The notes under the pieces: model-generated
Seen by the model: the letters and a program-made list of their open reading frames with translations, nothing else
Told to the model about the DNA's origin: nothing
Databases searched by the model: none
IMG/VR virus record: IMGVR_UViG_3300012348_000137
Location: 1 to 54,675 of that record
Direction: 5' to 3' (one strand)
Length of the DNA stretch: 54,675 bases
DNA from: a virus
Lineage: Duplodnaviria; Caudoviricetes
Shown here: in pieces, positions 1 through 9,893 of the stretch
Numbering within the stretch: the stretch's first letter is position 1
Layout of the letters: the number at the start of each line of letters is the position of its first letter
Made by a program: the position numbers and the translations under genes

Positions 1-370
1 CTGCGGCGGCCACTTTGAACCAATCGTCTCCATCCATGCGGTCAATATGCCGCCAGAAAGCCAGCACACGCTGCGCCTGATCGCCCAAAACCCTCTCTGG
101 CTCAGTCAAAACACACGTAGGAGCGCCCGGCAGTCTGTCGTTCACGCGGCGCAACAGCACCGCATGAGCGCGGCTAATGCCCAGCAATTCTGCCGTTTTG
201 CGGTCAGACTCTGCCGGTTTCATCGCGCGCAAGTCATCCGGTGACAGGCCGCCAATGTAGTGCAGCACTTGCCCCTGAGCGCACATGCAGCCGTCTCTGT
301 CGATCAGTTCACCTTTAATCGGAATGTCAGTCGGCCAGCGGGCCAACAGTTCGTCTACGGTCATGCTCAT
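1..370 (-). CDS. N-terminal part of a hypothetical protein that runs off the left end (continues at 54675-54477)
   Basis: Manual translation from ATG 370 (upstream AAGGGAGA): MSMTVDELLARWPTDIPIKGELIDRDGCMCAQGQVLH...WFKVAAA, open to base 1. Confidence 0.75.
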   Translation of the reverse strand, partial: MSMTVDELLARWPTDIPIKGELIDRDGCMCAQGQVLHYIGGLSPDDLRAMKPAESDRKTAELLGISRAHAVLLRRVNDRLPGAPTCVLTEPERVLGDQAQRVLAFWRHIDRMDGDDWFKVAAA

Positions 371-415
371 TGATTGTCTCCCTTCTTCGTTGCGGCCCAC
401 TCGAGGCGCAGCCAC

Positions 416-886
416 TTAGCTGATCCCCCGTCGAGCCCTATCGAGGCGCGACCACTCAGCGAGCGCCACGCGCGCCGCGGTGATGGCGGCCTCACGGGCG
501 CGCCGGGCCTCTACCCAGCGTGCATAGGCGGCCTCCAGTTCAGTGGCAGGATCGGCCGGCACCGGCTTCTCACCGAAGTCGCGGCCGTGGCTCTGCAGGT
601 ATGCCTTCAGGGTGTTGAACGAGATCTTGCCCATGCCCGGCAGCTTGCGCACATATGCTTCGGACAGCGCGGCGACGGCATCGATGTCGCCGGGCGAAAT
701 GCCGAGGCGCTTGAGTACGTTGGCGACGCGGATCGTCAACTGTCCCCGCTTGCGCGCAGTGCTCACGAGGCTGTACACGCGAGCGCGGCTAATGCCGTAC
801 TCATCGGCGAGCTGTGTGGCCGCATCGCCAGCCTCGTAGCGGCGCAGGATCTCGGAGTTGCGTTCAGTCTGTGTGATCGTGCTCAT
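416..886 (-). CDS. HTH plus RNA polymerase alpha-CTD-like protein
   Basis: ATG 886 after AGGAG; HTH (RNSEILRRYEAG..QLADEYGISRARVYSLV), then LTIRVANVLKRLGI...LSEAYVRKLPGMGKISFNTLKAYLQSHG resembling alpha-CTD. Confidence 0.7.
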   Translation of the reverse strand: MSTITQTERNSEILRRYEAGDAATQLADEYGISRARVYSLVSTARKRGQLTIRVANVLKRLGISPGDIDAVAALSEAYVRKLPGMGKISFNTLKAYLQSHGRDFGEKPVPADPATELEAAYARWVEARRAREAAITAARVALAEWSRLDRARRGIS

Positions 887-912
887 GGTGGTGTGCTCCT
901 CTTGGTTGGTGG

Positions 913-1086
913 TTATTCGCTGATGACGCCTTGGGCGATCAGGTTCTGGGCGGTGCGCCCGAACCATCCCTGCAGCCGGTAGGCCAGCCCGCTGTCGTGC
1001 AGGTGCTGCCACGCGTCGATGATCTGCTGTTCGTCGTCCGCCTCGATGAAGCCTTCGGCGAGGCCGGTCGCTGTGTAGTCGTCCAT
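913..1086 (-). CDS. small conserved-type phage early protein
   Basis: ATG 1086 with GGGAGA SD, directly downstream of a promoter cassette; AWQHLHDSGLAYRLQGWFGRTA motif. Confidence 0.75.
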   Translation of the reverse strand: MDDYTATGLAEGFIEADDEQQIIDAWQHLHDSGLAYRLQGWFGRTAQNLIAQGVISE

Positions 1087-1107
1087 GGTCGTTCTCCCTT
1101 GGTTGGT

Positions 1108-1174
1108 GGGGCAGAGCCCCTTGGTTGATGCCCCCTTATGGGCCAATGACCACACCGGGTCAACAGGTTTTTTT
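1108..1174 (-). promoter_or_regulatory. sigma70-type promoter/double-operator cassette, copy 1
   Basis: A-tract, TTGACC(1163-1158)-N17-CATAAG; spacer site TGGTC-ATT-GGCCC; downstream GGGGC-TCT-GCCCC. Confidence 0.75.
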
Positions 1175-3567
1175 CATTCTCCCAACATATCTAAAATGGC
1201 AGCCCGGGCCTCGTTCCGGCGGAAACGTTCCTCGTCGGCCTTGGCGGCGAACAGCGTGTGAACCTCCGGGTTGACCTTCCACGACGGCGCGTCGCTGCGC
1301 TTGTTGATCTGCTCCAGCCAGCCGAACGCCTCGAGCTGTTCGAAGATCCGGCCGCCCTCCTCGCGGGTCAGGCGCCGCATGGTGCGCGAGCCGCGACCCA
1401 GTGTCCGCATCGATATCTCCTCGAGGCGCTTGGCGAGGATGTAGCCGGCGACCTCGCAGATCTGATCCTGATCCTGACTGACGCCGATGGTGGTCGCATA
1501 GAAGGCGAGGCTGTGGCGCATGATGTAGCTGTGCAGGAATTGCGCCACCTTGGCCGCCGTGGCCTCGCTAATCTCCAGCGCCGGCGAGCGCTCGTCACTG
1601 CTGGTGACGTGGTCGATGCAGTGCCAGACCAGACACAGGCGCGGGAACAGGCCGTCGAACTTGCCGATGTGGCTGGCCAGCTTGCGGTTGACGCTCTCCA
1701 TGTGCTGCACCTGCCGGTGGTGCTTGACCTCGAGCTGCTCGCGGATGCGGCGCGCACCTTCGTCAAAGCGCAGCGGCAGATCGCCCAAGATGCTGTGCGG
1801 CGGCGCTAAGTGGAACAGGCGCTGGATCACCGCGTCATAATCCTCCTGAGCCTCGCCGGCCGGCGCATCGGTGCCGACCTCGGACGGGCGCAGGATCACC
1901 GGCAGGAACCGCTGGATCAGGCCGTCGTCGCTGGCCTCGGACACGATGCGCCGGATGGGATCCGGCTGCACGCCGCCCAGCATGGTGATGGAGACGCAGT
2001 CAATCAGGTAACGGCCGCGCCCGATGCGGTCGACCGAGTACTCACCGCCGCCGTATGCCTGCAGCCAGAAGCCGCGATCCTTGGCACCGCCGCCCTTGCC
2101 GCTGTACTTCTCGATGCCGCCGAAGAACGCGCTGAGCTCGTCCTGCAGGCACAGCACGCCGTCGGGGCTGTCTTTGCAAATCTCCTGTGCCGCCTCCATG
2201 GTCGCGTCCTCCATGCGCAGGCGTGGGGAGGCGGGCTTGGGATCGCCGCTCTTGGTGCCGCCATCCTCTTGCCACTGGGCGAGGCGCTTGTTGGCCTCGT
2301 ACAGCAGCTCCTTGTCGAGGCGCTTCACGGCGCGCGTGGCTGCCTTCATGATGGGCGACTTCTTGAATGACGGGTCGCCCACGAGCATCGTCCAGATGCG
2401 GGCGCTCTCGAACCAGTCCTCGTGTTCCTTGACCTTGACCTTGATCCGGTCGCGGATGACGGCCGCGCAGGCGGTCAGGGCCGACATGGCGAGGCCGCCC
2501 GGGTCGACGCCCATCTGGCCGGAGCGACCGACGGCGAATCGCTCGATGACATCTGGCAGCAAGCCGGCCGGGAACGACGGCGGGTCGAATCGCTTCCACA
2601 GGTCGACCGGCTGCGACTCGGCGGCGTCCTCCTCATCGCGGCGGCGCTTCTCCTCGGCGTGCGTGCGCAGGGCCTTCGTGAACGTGGCCAGCACGCTGGT
2701 GACGCCTTGAGCGGCCGCCTGATCGTTGAAATCTTTGTCGACCGTCGGCACCACCACCGGGCAGCCCAGCTCGGCCGCCAGCGCGGTCATCTCTGTAGCG
2801 GCGTTGGTGTCCGCTGCCAGCACGATAGGCCGGCCGGCCGCCGCCAGCTCGCGCGCGACGTGCGTCATGTTGCCCTTGCTGTAGGTGACGCACACCTGAT
2901 CGGCCGTGGCCTCGTGGATGCTGGCGCCGGTGGCGTACCCCTCGCAGACGACGGTGCGCCCGAGGTGGATGCCGATCCACATGCGGCCGCCCTTGGTCGG
3001 CGCGCCCTTCTGAAACATCTTGCCGCCGGCGTCGTCGATGGTCTGGACGGACATGATCTCGCCGTCGGCGTCGTAGATCGGCAGCAGCAGGCGCCCGGCC
3101 TCGATCCGGCAGCTGTGCGCGCCGACGCCCTTGCGGGTCAGGTACGGGTGCCCTTCGCACTCGGGCGCGTCGTCCCAGCGCTTGCTGGCCTTGGCGGTGG
3201 CACCGGCGCGCTGGCGCTCGTGCTCGGCGTCGCGCTCGGCCAGCAGGCTGTCGCGAGCCTCGCGATCCGACGCCGTCATCCGGACTTTGGCTGCGTCGCC
3301 ACGGGCGAGCTGCTCGAGGGCGTCCATGGTGCTGATGCCCTGCGTGCCAGCCACGAAGTCGATCACGTCGCCATGCGCTCCGCAGCCGAAGCAGTGGTAG
3401 AAGCCCTTCTCTGGCATGACGTGAAAGGACGGCGTGCGCTCGTTGTGGAACGGGCACAGGCCCTTGTACTCGCGACCGGCGCGCTTCAGCGGGACGGTGC
3501 GGGCGATCACATCCTCAATCGGGTTCAACGCGCGGATAGCATCCCAGTCGTATCTGTTCCCGGTCAT
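1174..3567 (-). CDS. DNA primase (zf-CHC2 + TOPRIM + DUF3987/YfjI-like C-terminal domain)
   Basis: CPFHNERTPSF..FYHCFGCG zinc finger; VCEGYATG and LAAD TOPRIM motifs; LVGDPSFKKS and LQDEL NTPase-like motifs; ATG 3567. Confidence 0.9.
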   Translation of the reverse strand: MTGNRYDWDAIRALNPIEDVIARTVPLKRAGREYKGLCPFHNERTPSFHVMPEKGFYHCFGCGAHGDVIDFVAGTQGISTMDALEQLARGDAAKVRMTASDREARDSLLAERDAEHERQRAGATAKASKRWDDAPECEGHPYLTRKGVGAHSCRIEAGRLLLPIYDADGEIMSVQTIDDAGGKMFQKGAPTKGGRMWIGIHLGRTVVCEGYATGASIHEATADQVCVTYSKGNMTHVARELAAAGRPIVLAADTNAATEMTALAAELGCPVVVPTVDKDFNDQAAAQGVTSVLATFTKALRTHAEEKRRRDEEDAAESQPVDLWKRFDPPSFPAGLLPDVIERFAVGRSGQMGVDPGGLAMSALTACAAVIRDRIKVKVKEHEDWFESARIWTMLVGDPSFKKSPIMKAATRAVKRLDKELLYEANKRLAQWQEDGGTKSGDPKPASPRLRMEDATMEAAQEICKDSPDGVLCLQDELSAFFGGIEKYSGKGGGAKDRGFWLQAYGGGEYSVDRIGRGRYLIDCVSITMLGGVQPDPIRRIVSEASDDGLIQRFLPVILRPSEVGTDAPAGEAQEDYDAVIQRLFHLAPPHSILGDLPLRFDEGARRIREQLEVKHHRQVQHMESVNRKLASHIGKFDGLFPRLCLVWHCIDHVTSSDERSPALEISEATAAKVAQFLHSYIMRHSLAFYATTIGVSQDQDQICEVAGYILAKRLEEISMRTLGRGSRTMRRLTREEGGRIFEQLEAFGWLEQINKRSDAPSWKVNPEVHTLFAAKADEERFRRNEARAAILDMLGE

Positions 3568-3569
3568 GA

Positions 3570-3749
3570 TCAGGCCGCCTCGCCCACAAGATAAGCGTCC
3601 AGCGCCTGCAAGGTGCTCAGCTTGGGGTTCTCTTGCTTGCCATCCCGGATGGCCGTGATCGTGTAACGGCTCAGGCCAGTCTTCTTGGCCACGGCGGTCA
3701 CCTTCCGGTCGGCCAACGCGGTTCGAATCCGCTCTAGTTCTTGCCTCAT
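3570..3749 (-). CDS. Cro-like HTH regulator
   Basis: VAKKTGLSRYTITAIRDGKQENPKLSTLQAL; divergent from the recombination operon. Confidence 0.8.
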   Translation of the reverse strand: MRQELERIRTALADRKVTAVAKKTGLSRYTITAIRDGKQENPKLSTLQALDAYLVGEAA

Positions 3750-3956
3750 TTTTCGTCTCCCGTGCTTGGATTGCGCCACGTGCGCAAGGCAAGCCCATCT
3801 GCGGCATGCGCGCCGCGCCTGTCAATATGGAATACCGCAACTAACATTTTTTCATAACGGGGCTTGCAATCCCCAAAAAGCGCGCCTAACTTGGCGATGC
3901 AGCGTTTGAGGCCCGTCGCTGCCGGGCATGGCCAATGAGCCGGAAAGGAAATCGTT

Positions 3957-4799
3957 ATGCCAATTGCGCCCCCGCGTCCTGTGGTCAAGGACGCGCCCCC
4001 GATCATCACCATCTGCGGTGATGCGGGCACTGGCAAGACCAGTCTTGCCTCCACCTTCCCCAACGCCGTCGTCATCCGCGCCGAGGATGGCCTGAAGTCA
4101 ATCCCTCCGGCGCAGCGCCCGGACGCCTTCGATCTGCTGAAGTCGGCCGACGAGCTGTGGGAGCAGCTGATCTGGCTGGGCAAAGAGAAGCACGACTACA
4201 AGACGCTGATCATCGACAGCGTGTCGCGCCTCGAGGAGCTGTTCACGGCCGAGTGTCTGGCCAAAGACGGCAAGGCCAAGACCCTGAACACGGCGATGGG
4301 CGGCTACGGCGCCGGCCGGCAGTATGTTGCAGCGCAGCATGCCCGCCTGCGTAAGCTGTGCGGACGCCTGAATGAGGCTCGCGGCATGGCTATCATCTTC
4401 ATCAGCCACGCCGACATCGAGACCATGCGCCTGCCGGATGTCGACGATTATCAGCGCTACTCGCTGCGCCTGATGAGGGACAGCCTTCCGCCGTACGTCG
4501 ACGACGTCGACATGGTGGCTTTCGTCCGCCTGACGGCCGCCCTGCGCGGCGATGAGGGCGACCGCAAGAAGGTGGTGTCGAACGGCGACCGCGATGTCGT
4601 CTGCCATGCCACCGCCGCCAGCGTGTCCAAGAACCGCTACAGCATCACCGAGCCGCTCGACTTCGTGGCCGGCGAGAACCCCTTCGCCAGCATCTTTGGC
4701 TTGAAGCCCAAGCGCGCCGCGAAGTCCGCACCCAAGGCCAGTGAGCCGGATCCGGTCGACGATGAAGCCACCGACCCGGCCGATTACGTTGAAGATTGA
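3957..4799 (+). CDS. AAA_24 family ATPase (Sak4-like recombination protein)
   Basis: Walker A GDAGTGKT, Walker B LIIDS, FISH motif, SKNRY near the C-terminus. Confidence 0.85.
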   Translation: MPIAPPRPVVKDAPPIITICGDAGTGKTSLASTFPNAVVIRAEDGLKSIPPAQRPDAFDLLKSADELWEQLIWLGKEKHDYKTLIIDSVSRLEELFTAECLAKDGKAKTLNTAMGGYGAGRQYVAAQHARLRKLCGRLNEARGMAIIFISHADIETMRLPDVDDYQRYSLRLMRDSLPPYVDDVDMVAFVRLTAALRGDEGDRKKVVSNGDRDVVCHATAASVSKNRYSITEPLDFVAGENPFASIFGLKPKRAAKSAPKASEPDPVDDEATDPADYVED

Positions 4800-4808
4800 T
4801 CTGGAACC

Positions 4809-5408
4809 ATGGCCGGCAAGTTGAAAAGGTGCTCGAAGTGCAAGCAGGACTTCCCTGCCACGGTGCAGCATTTTTACAACCAAAAGGCGACTTCTGATCG
4901 GCTTACTTCGTGGTGCAGAGTTTGCGATCGCGAGGCATCACGCGAAAAGAAGCGCATCCGTCGCGCCATGGGATTGGAGAAGCCAGTGCCGGTCGAAAAG
5001 GCTCGGCAGTACACAAGAGATTGGCGGGCCAAGAACTTGGAGCGCGCACGCGAAAACGCCAGAACGGCTCAGAGGAAGCGTTTGTCCGATGGATCATATC
5101 GCGCTGCGGCATCGATGGGGCGCAGAATAAGGGAGGTGATAAGCAGGGACTTTAAAGGCTCGTTCAGGCATCTTCCGTTCACGCCTACGCAGTTGAAGTC
5201 GCATCTGGAGGCGCAGTTTGATAGTAAGATGAGTTGGGGAAACTATGGGTCGTATTGGCATATTGATCACATCCGACCCGTGTCTTCTTTTTACTTTGAA
5301 GGCCCGAACTGTGCTGGTTTTGTTGAGTGTTGGGCGCTCACTAATTTGCGCCCGTTTGAAGCGAAGGCGAACCTTTCAAAAGGAAAAAAGGTTCACTTCT
5401 TGATTTGA
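4809..5408 (+). CDS. HNH endonuclease, probably homing
   Basis: N-terminal CxxC..CxxC ribbon; WHIDHIRP...NLRP...NLSKG; visibly more AT-rich than its flanks. Confidence 0.8.
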   Translation: MAGKLKRCSKCKQDFPATVQHFYNQKATSDRLTSWCRVCDREASREKKRIRRAMGLEKPVPVEKARQYTRDWRAKNLERARENARTAQRKRLSDGSYRAAASMGRRIREVISRDFKGSFRHLPFTPTQLKSHLEAQFDSKMSWGNYGSYWHIDHIRPVSSFYFEGPNCAGFVECWALTNLRPFEAKANLSKGKKVHFLI

Positions 5409-5421
5409 AAAGGAACAGGAC

Positions 5422-6018
5422 ATGTCTTTTTGGCAACTGAGTGACGGTGAGAGCGCAGCGAATGGCGAGCGCGAATACGAGCAGGAGACCGGCAATCTTT
5501 TGCCGATCCCCGACGGCAGCACGGTGATTGCGATCATCGACGAGGCCAAGTGGGACCAAACCCGCGAAGAGCGTGCCGAGTTTATCTCGCTGCGCTGGTC
5601 TGTGCTCGAGCCGGCCGAGTACGGCAACCGCAAGATCTACCAGAAGCTGTGGGTGACGGACGACGACCCGCGCACCACCGACCCGGTCAAGATGGCCAAG
5701 AAGCGCGACAAGGCCAAGAAGATGCTGGCCACCGTCGACGCCAACGCCGGCGGCAAGCTGGCGCGCAACGCGCGGCAGCCGAGCAGCGATGACCTGACGC
5801 TGGCCCTGAGCAACAGGCCGATGGCCATTAAGTGCATGGTCTGGGAGATCGAGGGCCAGAACGGCACGGCCACCGGCAACTGGATCGCGGGCGTGTTCCC
5901 CAAAGCCAAGGGCGTGAGCATCCCCGAGACTGCCGATCAGCCGCGCAAGGCCCCTGCAGCGCGCCAGCAGGCGCAGAGTGGGCGCGCCGGCGTTCTGGAT
6001 GACGACGTGCCGTTCTGA
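5422..6018 (+). CDS. single-stranded DNA-binding protein (DUF669-like)
   Basis: Acidic DDDVPF C-terminus; position between AAA ATPase and exonuclease. Confidence 0.8.
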   Translation: MSFWQLSDGESAANGEREYEQETGNLLPIPDGSTVIAIIDEAKWDQTREERAEFISLRWSVLEPAEYGNRKIYQKLWVTDDDPRTTDPVKMAKKRDKAKKMLATVDANAGGKLARNARQPSSDDLTLALSNRPMAIKCMVWEIEGQNGTATGNWIAGVFPKAKGVSIPETADQPRKAPAARQQAQSGRAGVLDDDVPF

Positions 6019-6089
6019 GCGGCACATCGTTTGGGGCGGTGCCGGCGGGGATGGAAGACCTCGCCGGCGCCAAACCGCACAGCATCGGG

Positions 6090-6968
6090 ATGGAGAGAGA
6101 CGTGGAGCAGAGATCAGACGAATGGTTCGAGGCGCGCCGTGGCCGGGTGACGGCCAGCATGGTGGGCGCGATCTTGGGATTGGCACCCTACATGACCCGG
6201 GCCGACGCCATGCGCAGCATGGTGCGCGAGGCTCTGGGTGCAGAGCGCGAGTTCACCGGCAACGTGGCCACCGAATACGGCAGGGTCAACGAAGATCAGG
6301 CGCTGCTGGATTTCCGCATCGAGACCGGGCTCGGTATCGAGAAGGTCGGATTTGTCGCGGCCGAGGACTGGGCCGGATGCAGCCCGGACGCCCTGTGCGG
6401 TGACGGCGCTCTTGTCGAGGTGAAGTGCCCCTATGGGATCCGAAACGACAACCCGCCGGCGTTCAAGCCTCTTGAAGAGCAGATGCACTACTACGCCCAG
6501 ATTCAGTTCCAGCTGTGGGTGACTGGCAAGAACGCATGCCACTTCTGGCAATGGTCGCGGCACGGCAGCCACCGCACGATTGTTCGCCGCGACGAAATGT
6601 GGCTGGACGAGAACCTGCCCAAGCTGCGGCAGTTCTACGCCGAGTATCTGCACGAGGTGGAGAATAACGCCGGCGAGCATCTCGCACCCAAGCGGGTGGA
6701 GATCGACACGCCCGAGGCGCGCCGCATGGTGCGCGAGTGGGATGAGCTGCTCGAGACAATCGACAACCTCGAGCAGCGCAAGAAGGATTTGCTGGCCGAG
6801 ATGACCAAGATGGCTGACGGCAAGAGCGCCCTGTTCGGCGGCCGCAAGCTCACGAAGGTCGAGCGCGACGGTAGCATCAGCTACGCCAAGGCCGTCAAGG
6901 AATTGCTGCCCGGCGTTGATCTGGAAACGTATCGCGGCAAGGCGTCCAGCTTCTGGCAGGTGTTCTGA
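6090..6968 (+). CDS. YqaJ/lambda-type exonuclease
   Basis: EQRSDEWFEARRGRVTAS, CSPDAL, EVKCP, YYAQIQFQL; start uncertain (6039-6102). Confidence 0.9.
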   Translation: MERDVEQRSDEWFEARRGRVTASMVGAILGLAPYMTRADAMRSMVREALGAEREFTGNVATEYGRVNEDQALLDFRIETGLGIEKVGFVAAEDWAGCSPDALCGDGALVEVKCPYGIRNDNPPAFKPLEEQMHYYAQIQFQLWVTGKNACHFWQWSRHGSHRTIVRRDEMWLDENLPKLRQFYAEYLHEVENNAGEHLAPKRVEIDTPEARRMVREWDELLETIDNLEQRKKDLLAEMTKMADGKSALFGGRKLTKVERDGSISYAKAVKELLPGVDLETYRGKASSFWQVF

Positions 6969-8854
6969 TGTTCACGCTGCGCCCCTACCAGCAGGACGCT
7001 TGCGACGCCGCCCTGAAGTGGTTGCGGCGCAGCGTCGACCCGTGCCTGATCGATGCCGCCCCGGCGGCCGGCAAGAGCTTCATGATTGCCTACGTCGCCA
7101 ACGCCCTGCACAAGATCAGCGGCGGCAAGCGCGTACTGTGTCTGGCCCCCAGCGCGGAGCTGGTGAAGCAGAACCATGAGAAGTATCTGCTGACCGGCGA
7201 GCGGGCGTCCATCTTCAGCGCCAGCGCCGGCAGTAAGAGCACGCGCCACCCGGTGGTGTTTGGCACGCCCAAGACGGTGAAAAACGCCATCAGCCGCTTC
7301 TGCAAGCAGGGGCAAGAGGGGTTCTGCCTCGTCATCATCGATGAGTGCCACGGCATCACGCCGACGATCAAGTCGATCATCGAGGAGATGCGCGTGGCAA
7401 ACCCCAACCTGCGCGTGCTGGGCCTGTCTGGCACGCCGTTCCGGCTGGGCAGCGGGTACGTCTACCGGCTCTGGCCGGACGACGCCAAGGGCAACTGCAA
7501 GGCCAACGGCGAGGACAAGGCGCGCGACCCGTACTTCGTCAAGTGCGTGTTCCGGGTGTCGGCGCGCGAGATGCTCGATCAGGGCTTCATCACGCCGATG
7601 GTGGTCGGCGAGATCAACGGCGACGGGTACGACACCAGCGGCATCGAGCTGCTGCCCAACGGCAGCCTGAACCCGTCGACGGTGGAGCGCGCCTTCGAAG
7701 GGCATGGGCGCCTGACGTCGTCAATCGTGGCTGACGTGCTGCACAAGGCCCGCGACCGCGCCGGCGGCATCATGTACTTCGCCGCCACCGTGCAGCATGC
7801 CGAGGAAGTGCTGGCCAGCCTGCCCAAGGGCAGCGCCGGGCTGGTGACGGCCGAGGTCAGTAAGCTGGGCACCGGGGAGACCGTCCGGCGCGACCGGCTG
7901 ATCAAGCTGTACCGCGACGGCGAGATCCGGCACCTCGTGAACGTCGGCACGCTCACCACCGGCTTCGACGTGGCGCACACGGAAACCATCGCCATCCTGC
8001 GATACACTGAGAGCGCGGCCCTGCTGCAGCAGATACTGGGCCGGGCGTGGCGCCTGCACCCGGCCAAGGCCGACAGCCTGCTGCTGGACTACGCCAGCAA
8101 CGTCGACCGGCACTTCCCTGACGGCGACATCTACACGCCACTGGTCGAAGCCAAGGGCGCGGCCGCCGGCGGTGAGGGCATCTCCGCCCTGTGCCCGGAC
8201 TGTGGCCACGAGAACGAGTTTGCTCTGGTCGGCGACCGGGCCGAGTTCCAGCGCGACGTTCACGGCTACTGTCTGGACGTGTTCGGGGATCGCATCCAGA
8301 CCGAGCACGGGCCGATGCCGGCGCACTATGGGCGGCGCTGCAATGGCCTGATCCAGACCGGCGCGGCCGGCGAGCACACGCGCTGCGGGTACTTCTGGAC
8401 GAGCAAGCCGTGCGTCCAGTGCGACGCCGCCAATGACATCGCGGCGCGCTTCTGTTGCGAGTGCCGGGCCGAACTGGTTGACCCCAACGACAAGCTGATC
8501 TCTGACTTCAAGGCCATGAAGAAAGACCCGACGCGCCGCCAAACGGACGGCGTGCTGGGCGTGACGTTCCGGCCGGGGATCAGCGGCGCTGGCAACAAGA
8601 CGATCCGAGCGGACTGGGTGACGCCCTACCGGCAGTTCAGCACGTGGCACATGCCTGAGAGCAAGACGCTGCAGGGCATGCAGGCGTGGGACGTGTTCAG
8701 CCGCGCGACAAACGGCGGCACCGTCAAGCCTGACACGATCACGTACAAAAAGGACGCCGACAGCGGCTTCTATCGGGTGCTGGCCTTCAACCAGCCAGAG
8801 GACATTCAACCCCCGGCTAAGCCGGACTGGAAAGCGGAAGCGAGGGCGGCATGA
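6968..8854 (+). CDS. SF2 DEAD/DEAH helicase (RadD/YejH-like) with zinc ribbons
   Basis: LRPYQ, AAGKS, IIDECH, LSGTP, LTTGFD, QILGRAWR. Confidence 0.9.
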   Translation: MFTLRPYQQDACDAALKWLRRSVDPCLIDAAPAAGKSFMIAYVANALHKISGGKRVLCLAPSAELVKQNHEKYLLTGERASIFSASAGSKSTRHPVVFGTPKTVKNAISRFCKQGQEGFCLVIIDECHGITPTIKSIIEEMRVANPNLRVLGLSGTPFRLGSGYVYRLWPDDAKGNCKANGEDKARDPYFVKCVFRVSAREMLDQGFITPMVVGEINGDGYDTSGIELLPNGSLNPSTVERAFEGHGRLTSSIVADVLHKARDRAGGIMYFAATVQHAEEVLASLPKGSAGLVTAEVSKLGTGETVRRDRLIKLYRDGEIRHLVNVGTLTTGFDVAHTETIAILRYTESAALLQQILGRAWRLHPAKADSLLLDYASNVDRHFPDGDIYTPLVEAKGAAAGGEGISALCPDCGHENEFALVGDRAEFQRDVHGYCLDVFGDRIQTEHGPMPAHYGRRCNGLIQTGAAGEHTRCGYFWTSKPCVQCDAANDIAARFCCECRAELVDPNDKLISDFKAMKKDPTRRQTDGVLGVTFRPGISGAGNKTIRADWVTPYRQFSTWHMPESKTLQGMQAWDVFSRATNGGTVKPDTITYKKDADSGFYRVLAFNQPEDIQPPAKPDWKAEARAA

Positions 8855-9276
8855 AGCTGACAGACTTGCCCGAAGGCGTGCAGAGCTTCGGCGACCCTGA
8901 ATGGCGCGGCAAGTGCCCGACGGAGAACGTCGAGCAGGCCAGCTTCTTCAGCCGGCTGCGGCGTGAGTATCCAGACACGTATGGGGCCATCGCGGTACAC
9001 CCGCGCAATGAGGGGCTGAAGTTGGGCGGCCAGCTGGCGCGCCACAGCCTGCAGAAGCTGTCGGCCGAGGGCATGACGAAGGGCGCGGCCGACATCATCA
9101 TCCCCGGCCGCCAGACGTTCGTGTGCGAGCTGAAACGGCAAGACCGCACCCAGAGCAAATGGCAGGACGGCCAGCGCGAGTATCTCGAGGCTGCAGCCGC
9201 CTGCGGCGCGTTCGTGTGCGTAGCGTTCGGCGCGGTGGCGGCGTGGGAGGCGTTCGAGGTCTGGCGTGCCGGTTGA
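8851..9276 (+). CDS. VRR-NUC PD-(D/E)XK nuclease
   Basis: HPRNEG, EGMTKGAADIII, CELK, Q..Y motif. Confidence 0.85.
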   Translation: MKLTDLPEGVQSFGDPEWRGKCPTENVEQASFFSRLRREYPDTYGAIAVHPRNEGLKLGGQLARHSLQKLSAEGMTKGAADIIIPGRQTFVCELKRQDRTQSKWQDGQREYLEAAAACGAFVCVAFGAVAAWEAFEVWRAG

Positions 9277-9568
9277 TCTCTTCAACTGGGCAGACAAGCC
9301 TGCCGGCGGCGTGCCTCCGGAGCAGATGGTCAAGCTCGGCGACATGCCGTCCAAACAACTCGAGGATTACCTGACGGGGCGCGACAAGCTGCCCATGCCG
9401 GCCATCGCCAGCTGGGCGCAATTCTACATTCACGACGCCGCCAAGACGATCCTCGCTTTGCCGTTTGAGCGGCGCGCGCCGGCCATCGGCAAGATCCCGG
9501 ACCACATCCGCCGAGACGTCCAGAAAGAGATCACCAGATTGCACAACATGCGCAAAAAAACCTGTTGA
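9266..9568 (+). CDS. hypothetical protein
   Basis: Overlaps the end of VRR-NUC; last gene of the operon. Confidence 0.6.
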   Translation: MPVDLFNWADKPAGGVPPEQMVKLGDMPSKQLEDYLTGRDKLPMPAIASWAQFYIHDAAKTILALPFERRAPAIGKIPDHIRRDVQKEITRLHNMRKKTC

Positions 9569-9621
9569 CCTGCCGGGCCAGCGGCCCTACAAGGGGGCAT
9601 CATCAACCGGGGCGCTGCCCC
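9554..9621 (+). promoter_or_regulatory. promoter/double-operator cassette, copy 2
   Basis: A7-CCTG-TTGACC(9565)-N17-TACAAG; GGGCC-AGC-GGCCC 9575-9587; GGGGC-GCT-GCCCC 9609-9621. Confidence 0.8.
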
Positions 9622-9641
9622 ACCAATTGAGGGCCACGACG

Positions 9642-9893
9642 ATGGGCTGGACGACAGGCAAAGACGCAGAGGCTCCCGGCAAGTTTGCATACGAGCTGTG
9701 GAGCGACAGCGAGATCCTGCACCGCGTGGGCGGCTTCGACACCGTTCAGGCCGCCGATCAGGCTGGTGGCCGCGCCAACACCAACTGGCTGCTGTACGGC
9801 ATCATCGACCCGGCGCAGTCTCTGGACGACATCCTTGCCCAGCTCAGCGACGACGAGCTAATCGCGGAACTGCTGAAGGGGGGCGACCAGTGA
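9642..9893 (+). CDS. hypothetical early protein
   Basis: ATG 9642 after GAGGG, first gene after cassette 2. Confidence 0.7.
   Translation: MGWTTGKDAEAPGKFAYELWSDSEILHRVGGFDTVQAADQAGGRANTNWLLYGIIDPAQSLDDILAQLSDDELIAELLKGGDQ

Noticed and set aside
3568-3840. Extended N-terminus of the primase given in the ORF track
   Set aside because: Overlaps the Cro-like gene and promoter region; ATG 3567 fits the zinc-finger start
6030-6075. GC-rich hairpin after the SSB gene as a terminator
   Set aside because: No U-tract; function cannot be assigned
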